The notes below the pieces were generated by a model that did not search any database, was not told the origin of the DNA, and saw only the letters and a program-made list of their open reading frames with translations. Source: Azolla caroliniana (lineage: Eukaryota > Plantae > Polypodiophyta). Taken from it: 64,000 bases of DNA. Shown here in pieces: positions 13,105-26,294 of this stretch; position 1 is the stretch's first letter; every line of letters starts with the position of its first letter. The translations under genes were made by a program, and so were the position numbers. Location of the stretch: assembly GCA_043228905.1 (NCBI GenBank), contig JBHGNT010000013.1, positions 11,284,001 through 11,348,000 of the forward strand, read 5' to 3'.

Positions 13105-14103
13105 TGTTACATCAAAAATCTAGAGAAAACATAGAGATCTCTTATCTAACATAAGGAGGAGATGGCTTCTCCTTATAAAGGCTAAGATATGGTCGTTGGG
13201 CTACAACTTTAATCATTCTCAACACTCCCCCTCAAGATGGGCAAAAGATATCCATTAAGCCCATCTTGTCACACAATCTAGAAAGAATTATTGGCGCAAG
13301 TCCCTTTGTAAGACAATCTACTACTTGATCTTCAGTAGAAACATGACTCAATTTTAATATTCCACTATCAAGCTTCTTCTTGATATATAATCTGTCAATT
13401 TTGATGTGCTTGGTCCTATCATGCTGCACTGGATTTTTGGCAATGTTGATTGCTGACTTTTTGTCACACCACAACATCTTCTAACTTTCTTGATTCATCC
13501 TTAGTTTTCTATTACGAGAGTTCTCAACCACAACATCTCTACAACTCCAACAACAAAGTTCTATACTTTGCTTCTGATGATGATCTTGCTACTACCAATT
13601 GTTTCTTACTCTTCCAAGATACCAGGTTGCCCCCAACAAACATGCAATATCCTAATGTGGATTTTCTATCATCAACACAACTAGCCCAATCGTATTCACA
13701 ATATCTCTAAATTTGGTACACTGTATCCATATGATATTTCCTCGAGTCATGCATGTAGCGGCTTACTACACTTACTGCAAATGAAATATTAGGATAAGTG
13801 TGAGTCAAATAAAACAACCCACCTACCAATCTCTCTTGCGAGTTCAGTTAAATTGATATTTCGGTCAATTGGAGAAGCTATAAGCCTAAAACCCAACATT
13901 TCAATTTCTGTGAGAAGATCTAATACATATTTTTGCTGAGATAAAACAATTGCTTCTACCCCACGAGCTACCTCAATTCCAAGAAAATATCGTAGCAAGC
14001 CTAGATGCTTCAACTCAAACTCTTTACCGAGTTGCACCTTCAATTGGGCAATCTCTCCTTCATCGTCACCCATGATAATTATGTCATCCACATACATAGT
14101 AAG
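13105..14103 (-). mobile_element. 3' part of a short-LTR copia element (Ale-like): RT/RNase H, PPT, 120-bp LTR 13105-13224
   Basis: YVDDIII, LRYFLGIEVAR, SAINIAKNPVQHDRTKHI; PPT adjacent to TGTTAC...CAACA. Confidence 0.85.
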
Positions 14104-14702
14104 TGTTACCAACCCAAGGTAACACGGGGTCGGATATTCGTTCCTTTGGTATCCGACTCAAGGTCTTGTGGTCGGGGAAGGGTAGTATTGTCGGGTCGCT
14201 TAGTACATTCCAATCGTGAGTGACACACGTATAAATCAAATTGTTGTGATTGTGGAGACTAAACCTAAGCCGGCTACAACCAACCAGTTACGTATTCAAT
14301 ACACAGAGCCCGTAACGAAACTCAACACAGATAAAACTTCAACACAGAACACAGAGATAGAGTATCAACAAATAGATTTCTATTAAATACAACTTGATAC
14401 ATCACTAATCGATTAAACTTGACATGGTTTCATGTCCCTTTTTATAGGGCTCATGGGCGGTTACGAACAGAGCGTGAACCGCTTCTACTAATAATAACTA
14501 TGGCCGTTGTAAGTTCGTCCTTCTTTACTGCTCACTTGGCCCCACCCATCTTCTGTTCGGCCCGTAACCATTTATTAGCCTTTTCACATTTGGTTGTCTG
14601 AACCGGCCAACACATGGCACGTCCGTGGGACAGTACCTACATGGTTGAACCGCACGGGTCGACTAGGCCTCATGCAAAATATTCAGCTCATTCGGAGCCG
14701 AT
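14104..14702. mobile_element. LTR-like segment of another retroelement (host of the 14703-19846 copia)
   Basis: Starts TGTTACC and truncates the Ale-like RT; continues after 19851 into a decayed coiled-coil ORF. Confidence 0.5.
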
Positions 14703-17700
14703 TGAAGGTTGAATATCGTGGAAACATATGTGTGTGTATGTGAGGACCTGTCTATGTGTTCAGCAAACAATACAGAAGGGAGGCAAGAAGATATCTCAGA
14801 AGATAGACGCGGTTTAAGCTTTGTTATTACGTTCGTTTTTTCTCTCTCAAAGACTCGATGTACAAGATGATCAAGTGTTCTCTTTACAATGTTAGGTTAT
14901 TGCTTATATACTAAGCCCTAACTATTTAGACGAGTTCACACTAGGATACAAAGTAGGAGTCAAACTTTTATGCCAACAAACTCCCCCGTAAAAGAACCAC
15001 TCTTTCCTACATGTACATGTGTTTGGGGTTATCTCCCCCATGAACCTAGATTACATAACTAATCTAAGTTTATGTTACAAGTCGGTCGGCATATAGCCAA
15101 GTCGGAAGAGGTGAGGTCTCTATCGAGCCTAGCCTGGCTCATTATCATGATTGATTTAGTCGACTCTTACCTTATGCTCCTTGTTTAGATTTCTTCTTCT
15201 CGGTCGCTTGTCGTAGTCCCATTCTAGTCCTTAGTGCTCCGAAGCGTTGATCTGGGAGTGGTTTCGTCAGGCAATCAACGATGTTCAATTCGGTGTAGAT
15301 CTTCCGGACTTCGAGCTTCTTCTCAGTTATGAGCTCCCGGATGTGATGATACCGCACCTCAATATGCTTTGTCTTTGCATGATAGATAGGATTGTTGATG
15401 AGGTGTATTACGCTCTGTGAGTCACAATAGATGGTCAGTCGATTCGGCTTGTAGCTAAAAAATCGGCAGATAGTCGGTGCAACTAGATCGCTTCCTTCAC
15501 TACCTCCAATGCTGCTATGTACTCGGCCTTTGTTGTTGACAGGGACGCGCACTCTTGAAGCTTAGACCTCCATGATATAGTGCCACCACCATAGGTGAAG
15601 ATACAACCAGATGTTTTTATTTTCCGATTGTCTGTATTTCCAGCATAGTTGGAGTCAGTACACCCTTCGATTTCAGCTGAGGTTGTCAAACCGAAAGTCA
15701 ATTGTGTATCTTTGATCCCTCTTAGGTACCTGAAGATGTGCTTGAAGGCCTCCCAATGCTTCCGTCTTGGGTTTAACATGTACCGGCTGACCACCCCTAC
15801 GGCATACTAGGCTAGATCTGGTCGGCTCTCCACCATTGTGTACATGATACTTTCTACGACCGATGCATAGGGCATCTTTCCATTAAGCTCTCTCTCCTTG
15901 TCCGTTGAAGGAGAGTCTCTGTCCGATAGTTGGATCGATGTCCGAAGTGGTATTGCTGTTGGCTTCACATTCTCCATGTTGAAGTGCTTCAGTATCTTCC
16001 GGATATAGTCGGATTGGGAGAGTCGGAGAGTCTTGGTCGTCCGATTTCGCTCGATCCTCATGCCCAGTATGTGATGGACTTGTCTAAGTTCTTTCATCGG
16101 GAACTTGTCATGAAGACTTCGCTTCAGCTTTCTGATCTCTACTTGAGTGCTTCCTGCAATCAGCATGTCGTCGACATATAGGATTAGGTAAATGGTATCA
16201 TCGGCCAGTTGCCGAACATACATGCATGGGTCAGAGTCGGATCGGCGGTATCCAAGCTGCTTGACGTAGGAGTCAAACTTGTGGTACCACATCCTCGAAA
16301 CTTGTTTCAAGCCATAGAGACTTTTCTTTAGTTGACGTATGAGGTGCCTTTCCTCCCCCATCGCCGTGAAGCCTGCTGGTTGAGACATGTAAATGTCCTC
16401 TTCTAGATCTCTGTGTAGAAATGTCATCTTTACATCTAGCTGCTCTAGCTCTAGGTCTTCTGTCGCCACAACTCCTAGTAGGAGTCTGAGGGTGGTCATC
16501 ATGACTACTGGTGAGAATATCTCGTCGTAGTCGACCCCATGTTCTTGTTTGAACCCTTTCATGACAAGCCGAGCTTTGTACTTGGGTTTTCTGAGTCAGA
16601 TACATATTTGTATCGGAAAAGCCATTCACAAGGTAGCTCCCATGTCAGATTCTGGATTTCATGGCTTGTAGCAATGTATCGGCATCCGGTGCGGCAATAG
16701 CTTCTTTGTAAGTACTTGGTTCGCTCGTATCCGTGTAGTTGATGTAATCGAGGCCCAGTTGATAAAACTCTGTAGGCCTTCTACTTGTCTGGATCTCCTT
16801 AGTGCCGATTTTATTGGTTCGAACTCTTTAGTCGGCTCGACCGGCCGATCGGTATTACTTGAACCGTCTTCAGGAGTCTTGTTAGATGACCCGCCCCCAA
16901 GTTGGGATTTTGGTGGTGTCACGTTGTCCTCCCCTATGGACGATGTTGACTCGGTGTGTCTTGTTGACTTTGCCTTTGATGGCTTTGTCATCGAGTTCGA
17001 CTAGTGGACTTGTTGCCGAATCGGATTCGGCAGGTACATTGTCGGCCTTTTCGAGTTTGACTGTTTGTCGAATCTCTAAGTTGGCCCGGTGGGTCGATCC
17101 TTCTAAGATAGCTTTGTCTCCTTTGAAGGATACCTTTTTACTAACTATTTTCGGCTGGTTCCACTGTGAGAAGATAGAATCTTCAATTTCCGGTTCTCTG
17201 GGTCCCATAGCCTGTAGTTGAATGCCCCATTGGTTCCATAACCGAGAAATATGCACTTTGTTGCATGGGGTTGCAACTTGGTCCATTTCTCCCTAGAGAT
17301 GAACACGTAGGCTTCCCATCCGAATATACGGAGCCTATCATAGGTCGGTTGTTTGCCTGACCATAGTGCTTGTGGCACTTCAAGCCTGATTGCTTTCGAT
17401 GGTGATAGATTTACCAGGTATATTGTCGTCTGCAATGCCTCAGCCCAAAACTCTAGCTTCAGTCCGACTTGCTAGAGCATTGCCATCACCCTCTCTTGGA
17501 TCGTTCAGTAGATCCATTCTGCATGGGTGTGTAAGGAACGGTCCTTCGATGCCGGATCCCTTTGTCGGATAGGTACTTCATGAAGGCTCTGGAGGTGTAC
17601 TCACCTCCATTGTCAGATCGGAGTGTCTTCACCTTGTATCCCAACCGGTTCTCCACTTTTGTTATCAATTGAATGAAGACCTCGAGCGCTTCGTCTTTGG

Positions 17701-19846
17701 ACCTAATCGAGTAGGGCCAAACTTTCCGTGTATAGTCATCTACAAAAGTGATGAAGTATCGGGAGCCTCTTAGGGATCGCTCTAGCATGGACCCACATAT
17801 ATCTGTGTGCAGGAGCTCTAGGGGTTGTCGTATCATCTCGTAGTGTAGAGAGTGTGGACTTCGGGTCTATTTCCCGTATCGACAATGCTCGTACAAGTCC
17901 GCCTTTGCTTGGAGTTTTGGGATGTAGCCGATCGCCATCAACCGATTGAGTCCGGCTTGAGACTTGTGGCCGAGTCGTCCATGCCATAGGTTTGGGTCTG
18001 TCTTTTCGGCTACATTCACGACCCCTTCTAGATTGATCGCCATCATTGGGTACAAGTTGTTGTAATTGTGCCCACCTCCTATCTTCCGGTTTCCACGGTT
18101 GATCATCCATACTGACTCACATAGAGTCGTTCGATACCCATCTTCGGCTAACATGCCGATGGAGTCCAGACACCTTTTCAGATCAGGTACATGTTATACT
18201 TGGTGGAGGATTATTGTATTGTCGTTTGGCAGTTGAATTGGTACTTCGCCAACGACTGCTATTCTACACTCCTGCCCATTGCCAATGAAACTGTGCCGCT
18301 GGTGCCAACCGAATAGTTTGAAAACCAATCGGTGTTTGGGGTCACGTGAAATGTGGCACCGGAGTCCAGTAGCCATGTGTGTGCCTCTTGTGCACTGTAG
18401 AGGACTTCTCCGATAATTGAATCCCCTAAGGAGAGAATTTCTCCTGATCAGGTGTCGGCAACGTTGATTTGGCTGCCAACTGGAGAGTGGTCCGAGTCGG
18501 GTCATCCTCGATTTTTCTTGGATCATCAACCACTCTCTTTCCTCTTGATCGACCAGCAGTCGGAAACATTATGGACGGCTTTTTTGCAATATGTGTAGAA
18601 TTCGCTTGATCGACCCGTTTTCAACTTCAACCATTGTCGGTCTCCCCTCGTTCTTGATCGGTTGGTGTTCCGACCAGTTATGTTGACTTGTTCTCTCGAT
18701 CGATTCGGTCGAGTGATGGACTTCTACCGACTCCTCGATGGTCAGTCCCATCGATTTTTGTCAAATGTCTTCGGTGAGGAACTGGTCGATCGTCTCATCC
18801 AGATTTTGGATCGGTTAGCTGTTGGCACATGTCATACAGAAGACCTCCCAACTCGCCAACAAGCTCGATTGGAGGGCAAGAGCTTTGACTTCTTCTTCGA
18901 AGTTGATCCCTTGTGAGGAAAGTTCTAACAACAGCCGGCTGAAGGTGTTGATGTGGGAGGTAGCCGGATCGGTCTCTCTCATCTTCATGTTGAACAGTTG
19001 TTTGATCAAAATCAGTTTTGAAGAGGAGGACTTTTTCTCGTACATGACTTGTAGCTTCTCCCATATTGAGAACGTTGTTGTCTCTTTTGCCATGCTGAAG
19101 TAGACGTTTTTGGCCACATGCATTCAAATGGTGGAGCGTGTGATTTTTTCTATAGATCTCCACTCTTGGGCTCTCATCAAAGCGAGTTTTTCACTGTGTC
19201 GAATGGTTTCGACATGTCTTCTGATGATCAACACATCCTACATCATCTTTTTCCATAGTGCAAAATTTTTGCCATCAAAGTTTCTGATTTCAACTCTTGT
19301 TCCGAACTGTTACAGGCATGACCATATAATATCATGTGTATAGAATACTACGGTGAATTCTCACCATATAATATCCTATGGTGAGAATTCACCATAGTAT
19401 TCTATACACGTGATATTATATGGTCATGCCCATAACATGAACGTTGAGGCCATGTTCTTCTTTGAAAGTGAGATTTTACTGACCTAGTCTTTTTTCCTTT
19501 CAGTTTCTCTATTGCTTGTTGTCGTCGAACCGCAAGTCGCTCTGATACCGATTGAAGGTTAAATATGCACGGAAACATATGTGTGTGTATGTGAGGACCT
19601 ATTGTATGTGTTCAACAAACAACACAGAAGGGAGGCAAGATGATATCTTAGAAGATAGACATGGTTTAAGCTTTTAATGGAAGCTTTGTTATTACGTTCT
19701 CTTTTCCTATCTTAGAGACTCGATGTACAAGATGATCAAGTGTTCTCTTTACAACGTTAGGTTATTGCTTATATACTAAGCCCTAACTCTTTAGACGAGT
19801 TCACACTAGGATACAAAGTAGAAGGAGTCGACCTTTTATGCCACCA
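14703..19846 (-). mobile_element. Near full-length degenerate Ty1/copia element
   Basis: LTRs 14703-14978 and 19553-19846; TSD CCGAT/CCGAG; PBS GCTCTGATACC; PPT CTCCCCC; gag, integrase (PLELLHTDICG, LRSDNGGEY), RT (LILYVDDMLI) and RNase H fragments with frameshifts. Confidence 0.93.
19308..19437. mobile_element. 130-bp foldback (palindromic) insertion in copia gag
   Basis: 61-bp inverted arms with 4 mismatches, 8-nt loop, TGTTA...TAACA ends, 5-bp TSD CGAAC/TGAAC. Confidence 0.9.
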
Positions 19847-20899
19847 CCGAGTTGGTTGTGTCGACGATGGGGGCCTTTGTTGTGGTTGGGGTTGGTTCTG
19901 CCAGCTCCGTCGTTGTTGTCTTGTCCCTTGTAGGTTCTACAAGCCTGTCATCATCTTGTGGGCTCTCTTGAGGTAGCGGGCAGGATGGGTTGGTGTGGTG
20001 CGCTTGTTGTGTTGTGGTTGTGGACGGATCAACATTCGGCTCGTCTTCGTCTCGTTCAATTTTCTAGGGAGGGATGGGGAGTGCGTTCTCAGGCCTGACC
20101 GGGGAATGCCCACTGGATTCGCTATCGGGGAGCTGAATAGTTTCCGGCTCCTTGTTTGTCTCCTGCTTCTTTTTTGTTTGCAATTGTTCAGGTTCATATG
20201 CCTCTAGTTCGAGTGCGTATTGGAGTTGGTTATCTCCGAACTCTTTGAGCAGTTGTGTGATTTCCGTGGAGTGGCGTTCGGTGAGGGCCTTGTAATCATT
20301 CGCCAGCTCTTTTCAGATGGTTGTGACACTCTCCTCATCGAGCTTGTAGTTCTTGAACTTCCTTCCTTCGGTTTTCCTGGTCTTCCCTAAGAATATGAAG
20401 TTCAGTTGCTTGTGCAGACCAGACCTCCCATCCTTGTTGCACTTTTTTGTGGAGATCAATGGAATGGCTAATTCCCTTCGATTACTGATCAATGTTTCGA
20501 TCCGTTCAGTGTACATCTCTGTTTTTGCATGCATTTCTTGAATTGCATCCTCAAGTTGTTTAATCTTGCTTGAAGCCTGCCCTGATTGAATGGTGTAGCG
20601 GTCTTGGATTAGACCCACGTCTTGGATTAATTCGTCGTTGTGAAACTTGTCTGTACATGCCATCTCTTTTTGCAGTCGGAGCTGATTTCCTCCGCAAATT
20701 GTCATTCGGCTGTCAGCTACCCCTCGTACCAATCTTTTTGCTTCTTGTTGACCTCCCTTTGTTGCTCGAGTGCCTCCTCGGCTCATGCTATTCGGAGAAT
20801 GTCAGAGTTCTGCCCGAAACCGGTCGATTTTCGTTTTGGCATTGGATGCCACCTTTTTCGTTTTGTTAGTAGAGGCACTTTTTCAACTTGTAGTCTTTA

Positions 20900-22095
20900 T
20901 CTACAAGATACATAGCCAACCACATGATAGAATATCCCATCAAGCCTTTAAGGCCTCTCGATCGCTATATGAGTCGGGCTATACTAGCTCATGGTATGGC
21001 ATGATGGTGAGTTGGCTTCTTGTGAATGGACTAGAGATTAATAACCTCCCCCCCCCCCCCCCTTAAGTACGACCACGTGATTGATAACACTTTAATCTCT
21101 CATGAGGACCGCAATAAAGTAATACGCCAAGAAATATGGCAAATTTACACTCGGTATAAATGGATCACCCCACTAGAACCACTCCCATCTAAAATGTTGT
21201 ACTATAAGGAACACTTCATGCACTTCTCTAAGTTATCTTTAATTACGTGGCCAAAATATCCAGATGTATTCTTACCACATGCACTAAGGGTTGCCATTGG
21301 TCAACTTAGAATATAATCTCACCAACTTGAGATTAAGAATGGATGTACTAATGGAGTCCCTAGGGAGGAAAGGATATGTAGGTTATGCCACATAGAGATC
21401 TAGAGGATGAGTACCACTTTACATGCAAATGTCCCACCTACGCCGAGATAAGGGCAAAATACCAAGACATACTTGGTTCCTCTCCCACCCTCCCTAAACT
21501 ATTAGATACTTTAGATATAAAGAAATTAGGCAGATACATCCTAAAACTAAAACAACACAAAGAGAATAAGTTACAAAATGTTGACAATAATGTTGCTAAT
21601 GTTCACCAACATGTAACAAATGAAGTTTTTCAAGAATAGGGGGAGACAACGAATGTCGACACACCTGCACCACTTGGGCTTTTCCTTGATGAAGTAGAAA
21701 ATCAAAGAAGAACCAAACGCCCTCGGATGCCGGGTTTCAAAGCAACTTGACATGGTGTAGAAGCCATAAAGAAAATAAGGGAATGTGAGCTACACCGCCT
21801 AGAAGCCATGGCTGGGGCACTCTGTACACCAGGACCATGGGTCACACCCACACCAAAACCCTTTGACCTCTCATTTCTTTTCGAGAGGCTTGGGTGGAAA
21901 TGAAATTAGGCTTACTGCAAAGTCACTTCTTTTTTATCAAGTATACCATGTTTTGTACACTATTAGAACTCTTTTAGCTTAAGCTATTTTTACTTTACTT
22001 TTATTTTAGTTCTGATGATTGGATAAATACCCATTTTGTTGTAAACCAACTATCTCATGGGCCAATTTTGGCCTTAGAAGACATTAATATTTCTT
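20900..22095 (+). mobile_element. 3' end of a non-LTR retrotransposon (LINE)
   Basis: PREERICRLCH...EDEYHFTCKCPTY C-terminal CCHC region with stops/frameshifts; ends in a TTCT-type tail. Confidence 0.75.
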
Positions 22096-23067
22096 TCTTC
22101 TCGAACCAAGCACATACAAAGAAGGCATCACTGGTTACAAGAGAAAGTGGATGAGCAAGAGTTCACCCTCGTGAAGATCCATACTAATGATAATGGATAC
22201 GACATGCTCACGAAGAACCTACCTATGGACAAATTCAGAGTCTGTCGATAGAAAAACAAGACTAGTCGACTCTAACCATAGGAGTGAAGGGAGAGTTTGT
22301 TAGGAATTTGTCCTTCCTATGAGAGAAGTCTATGGGAGGTCTATGGGAGAAGTTGATAGTCGAATCAACAAACCGAATCAATGAGCCGAACATAGGATGG
22401 TCAGTAGGATCGACTAGCAAGTCGACAAGCTCGTCAACTGGTTTAGAGGAAATGGAGAGTCGACTTGATCAGTCGACTGTATTGGATGAATGGTCCAAGC
22501 CTAAGACAGAGCCGACAAGTCGAGCTGACTGGATAGTCGACATGAGAGTCGGCAAGTCGGGCTGACTGGATAGTCGACATGAGAGTTGACTAGTTGGGCT
22601 GACTAGACTCCTGACTTGTGTGTAGGTCGGATAGTCGAGTTGATCAGTCGGCTGATTAATGACTATTATTATTATTATTAGATAATAGTAATAATAACAT
22701 ATCCCTATCTATAAATAGGAAGAGTTAGGGAAGACTAGTGTGTGCAGAACATAATGAAGTGTTGTATAGCATTGTTGTATAGAGTGTAACAAAGAGAAGA
22801 GAGAGAGAGATGCGAGAGCACGTGTGTGAGCAGCGGCACAGTTTAGTGGAACTTGCCCTAAAACCCTAAGGGGTATTCTTTGTTTTATCATAGATTTGTA
22901 ATCTATTTCTTCTTCTTTTGTACTTCTATTTTATAGTAAAGTCTGTTGCCCCCTGGTTTTCCTGTTTTAGGGTTTCCACGTAAAAATTGTGTACTTTGTT
23001 GTTTTCTGTATACTGTGTGAATATTTTCAGCATATCTTTCTCATCCATTCATGGTCCTTTAATAACA
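22096..23067 (+). mobile_element. Copia RNase H tail, PPT and LTR (22298-23067)
   Basis: RTKHIQRRHHWLQEKVDEQEFTLVKIHT; GAAGGGAGAG then TGTTAGG...TAACA; internal ~37-bp tandem repeats. Confidence 0.85.
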
Positions 23068-23069
23068 AA

Positions 23070-24100
23070 CTCGACCATTTTAGACTCAAAGACTATGGTT
23101 CAAACTTGAGTCGATTTCGACGAAGGTACGTATTGATTCATGGACCTCCCACAATGTGAGCTGCACCTTGAGTGCTAATATTTGTTGCAATAATGCTACA
23201 TGGACCTCTTTGTTTCTAGTTGTAGGGAAAGAGTTGGGTGCACTAGTGGGGGTGTGGTGTTCAATGAGTACTTCGTTTTGGTGGGGATGAATATTGACCT
23301 AGTAGACCCTAGATGTATTACACGTGGACAAATAGAAAGCAATGGGACCCATTGTCTATGGGAATGTCGCGAGGTAGTGGCTGTATGGGGAAGGGCATTA
23401 CGTTTGCTTTGCCATGCCTCTAGTTCGTTCACCCTCAACTGGGGACATGCTTGCTAGAACTGTCTCGAGGATGATGTGGCGAAATACGATAGCACATGCA
23501 ATGCTAAGTACAGAGGGGAGAATGGCAATGTTCGGTTGATCACTGACAACAGGGTACCTACAGTTAGCGCACAGAAACATAAACTTGGAGATCTTTGGAC
23601 GCTACTTGCCCCCATTACCATATGGTATATATGGACAGCAAGGTGTACCATGGTATTTTCAGCAAACAAACGCCCTCTAGTTGAATCGATTAAGCTAATC
23701 TAGCACACATTAATAACTACACTAAGAGCTCAATATGACCGGATTGATGGTACTGATGATGCTGCAGAATTAATGAGGCTAAATTTTAGAAAGTGGTGGT
23801 GTACTACACCGATGGCCATAGCAAATGGAATGGATATACACTGGCAGTATGTAGTACCCAGATGGTTGTTCCCCCCTCCCATTAGTTGAACGAGGGGCGT
23901 GAAAGAGATGTCATGTGGGATAGTGAATGTAGGTGATGTGTATGAAAGGATGGCTAGAGGCACATGTGAAAGTGTAAGATAAATAAGTGAGATTTCTTAT
24001 GAAGGGTAGGATAGTCTAGGCAAGGCCTACCCGAGAAAGGGATCGAGTTTGTGTATATTTTAACTAATGGAGTATATTTTTTTCTGGAAAAAGAAAAAGA
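23070..24100 (+). mobile_element. L1-type LINE 3' remnant (zf-RVT region)
   Basis: ES..HCLWEC..V..VW and IWYIWTARC..VF motifs; A-rich tail near 24088. Confidence 0.65.
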
Positions 24101-24648
24101 ACAAGGTGAGCTAGGTGATCGTTTCGTCAATTATGACAATAGCAAGACAATAAAACACCTTTTTAATGCATAAAAAAAAAAATAGAACTCATCAAACATT
24201 TTAGAGGTGACTAAGAAAGCAAGAATTACAATCATACAATGAGATCTCTGAACCATCATTTCTTACAAGAGTTTTGTAGCTTTCAACTGAAGAGGTATGA
24301 TTCAAAAAAAGAGAAGAAAATGGAGAGGATTAAGGCAAAGATTGTGAAAGGGTATGCAACTAATGCAAGTATTATATATGCTTAATAAGTGGGGCTTGTA
24401 AGTTCCAAGGAGAAGAAAGTAATAAATGTATAAATGTGATATCTAATCTCAAATAACAATTGAGATTTGGTATTAGAATGTATTGAGATGTGCAAATATG
24501 AGAGATATGCAAATATGAAGAGTGGAAAAAAGACGCACAAGGCATGGCATATTTTTAGATATGTAATATGCTTGTTTCATTATTCTTAAAGTTAATTTGA
24601 GTTTATTCTTTTGTGAGCGGGTTCCAAGTTGCATGCATGTAGAAGGTT

Positions 24649-25411
24649 CAAGGTTGTTAGGTACATTAGATACGGTATGGATACCATACATATATAACGT
24701 ATTAATACGCGTATAGTACCTCCCAATGTAAAAATACGTTAAATACGTTTTTTAATATGTTAAGTACTTATAAAATATGTATTTTATGTATAATACGTTA
24801 AATACTTCTAGAATTTGAAATTTATTTCCTTTCTAAAATATATTTGTAATATTGTAAAAAGCATCTATGTTTACACAATTTTGTGATGTACATTAGAGTT
24901 CCACATCCTAAAATGCATATAAGACATTTGAACATTTCACATCCTAAAATACTTATAATTTGGATGTAGACATTCACTTATTCTATAAATCAGTGTTAAG
25001 TTTGTATCACAATCTTCTACTTCAAATTGTAATTATTTATAATTATGCCTTCATATATTGAGGAATCTTCTACGATTATCACACTTAGAATAGGTTTCTC
25101 TCTTCTTTTCTCTCTTCTTTTCTCTCTTCTTCTTCTTCTTCTTCGTCGTCATCTCTTCTGTTCTTCTTTCGTCCTTCTTTTTTGTTCTTTTTCACTAAAA
25201 TCTTTTTTTCCTTTTGCTTTTTGTTGGGGTTTTACTTGCATTTTTTTTATAAATATGTATTATACCTGTTTTTTCAAATGTACATTAAATACCGTTTTGA
25301 ACAAATGTAAATGATATTTGATTGAGCAACATTGAGGTATAGTACGTACTATACAAATTATGAGGTACTATACGTATTTAAACATTAAATACGGGTATGT
25401 AAACAACCATG
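24649..25411. mobile_element. hAT-like MITE
   Basis: TIRs CAAGGTTGTT / AACAACCATG with a perfect 8-bp TSD AGAAGGTT. Confidence 0.9.
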
Positions 25412-25824
25412 AGAAGGTTACTCTGTCTTGCTATTACTAAATTCATTTTAATGAATTGGGCAACATCAGGAGAAATGGCAAGTACACAGACAATGAATCT
25501 TTTCTATTTGTGGTTAGAATATATGCTTCCTACTACTACTATATTAGATAAGTTTTGGATTGTAGATCCATTTTGGGCCCAATTGGTATACAACAATGAG
25601 GTAATGAATATACATTAGACTCATCCCACCTGAAAGGAATTTGGAATTTGGGTGACAGCATTGGAATGGGAACAATTAGTTGTATCCTTAACATAACTTA
25701 TCAACTCTATAAAGAGTTATACGTAATTTAGTTGTTTGGCCTTTATGGTGAATATCCAAATGTGATCTCAAATAAAGGTATAAATAAATATGTACTATAA
25801 ATAGTAACGTTAGTCTATTAATAA

Positions 25825-26294
25825 TGTTAATAATTAGGTAATTAACTAGGGTTGATTAGGGTCTAATTATGTGAGTATTGATAAAGCAACGAAAGATTAC
25901 GTGATTTGTGTGTGTACGTGTGTGAGAGGAAGAGAGAGAGAGGAAGACAAACTTATGAACAATAATATAAATGGGGGATGATTAACAAGAGTGTAGTTAA
26001 AGACCTTTCTCTATATTAATAAGCATCAAGTTACAAAAATACCCACGATGAGGTATATATAGATCTCATGTGTAAGGGTGCACATGTGTGAGGAGAATAT
26101 GGGTACAAGGATGTAAGTCCTATATTAAATGAACTTGGTAGTGGAAGATCTAGAATGTATCCCCACTTACATACACGTACAAGATCCTATTTAAGGGTTT
26201 AAAACTCAACACACTAACTAGATTCTATCGAGGTAACTACTAAGTTACGTGGTTAACTAAATGGCTAAACTTAGTTGAGCTTGATATCTCAACA
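25825..26294. mobile_element. Solo LTR (family Y, copy 1)
   Basis: TGTTAA...TCAACA with perfect TSD AATAA; homologous to 32505-32951. Confidence 0.9.
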
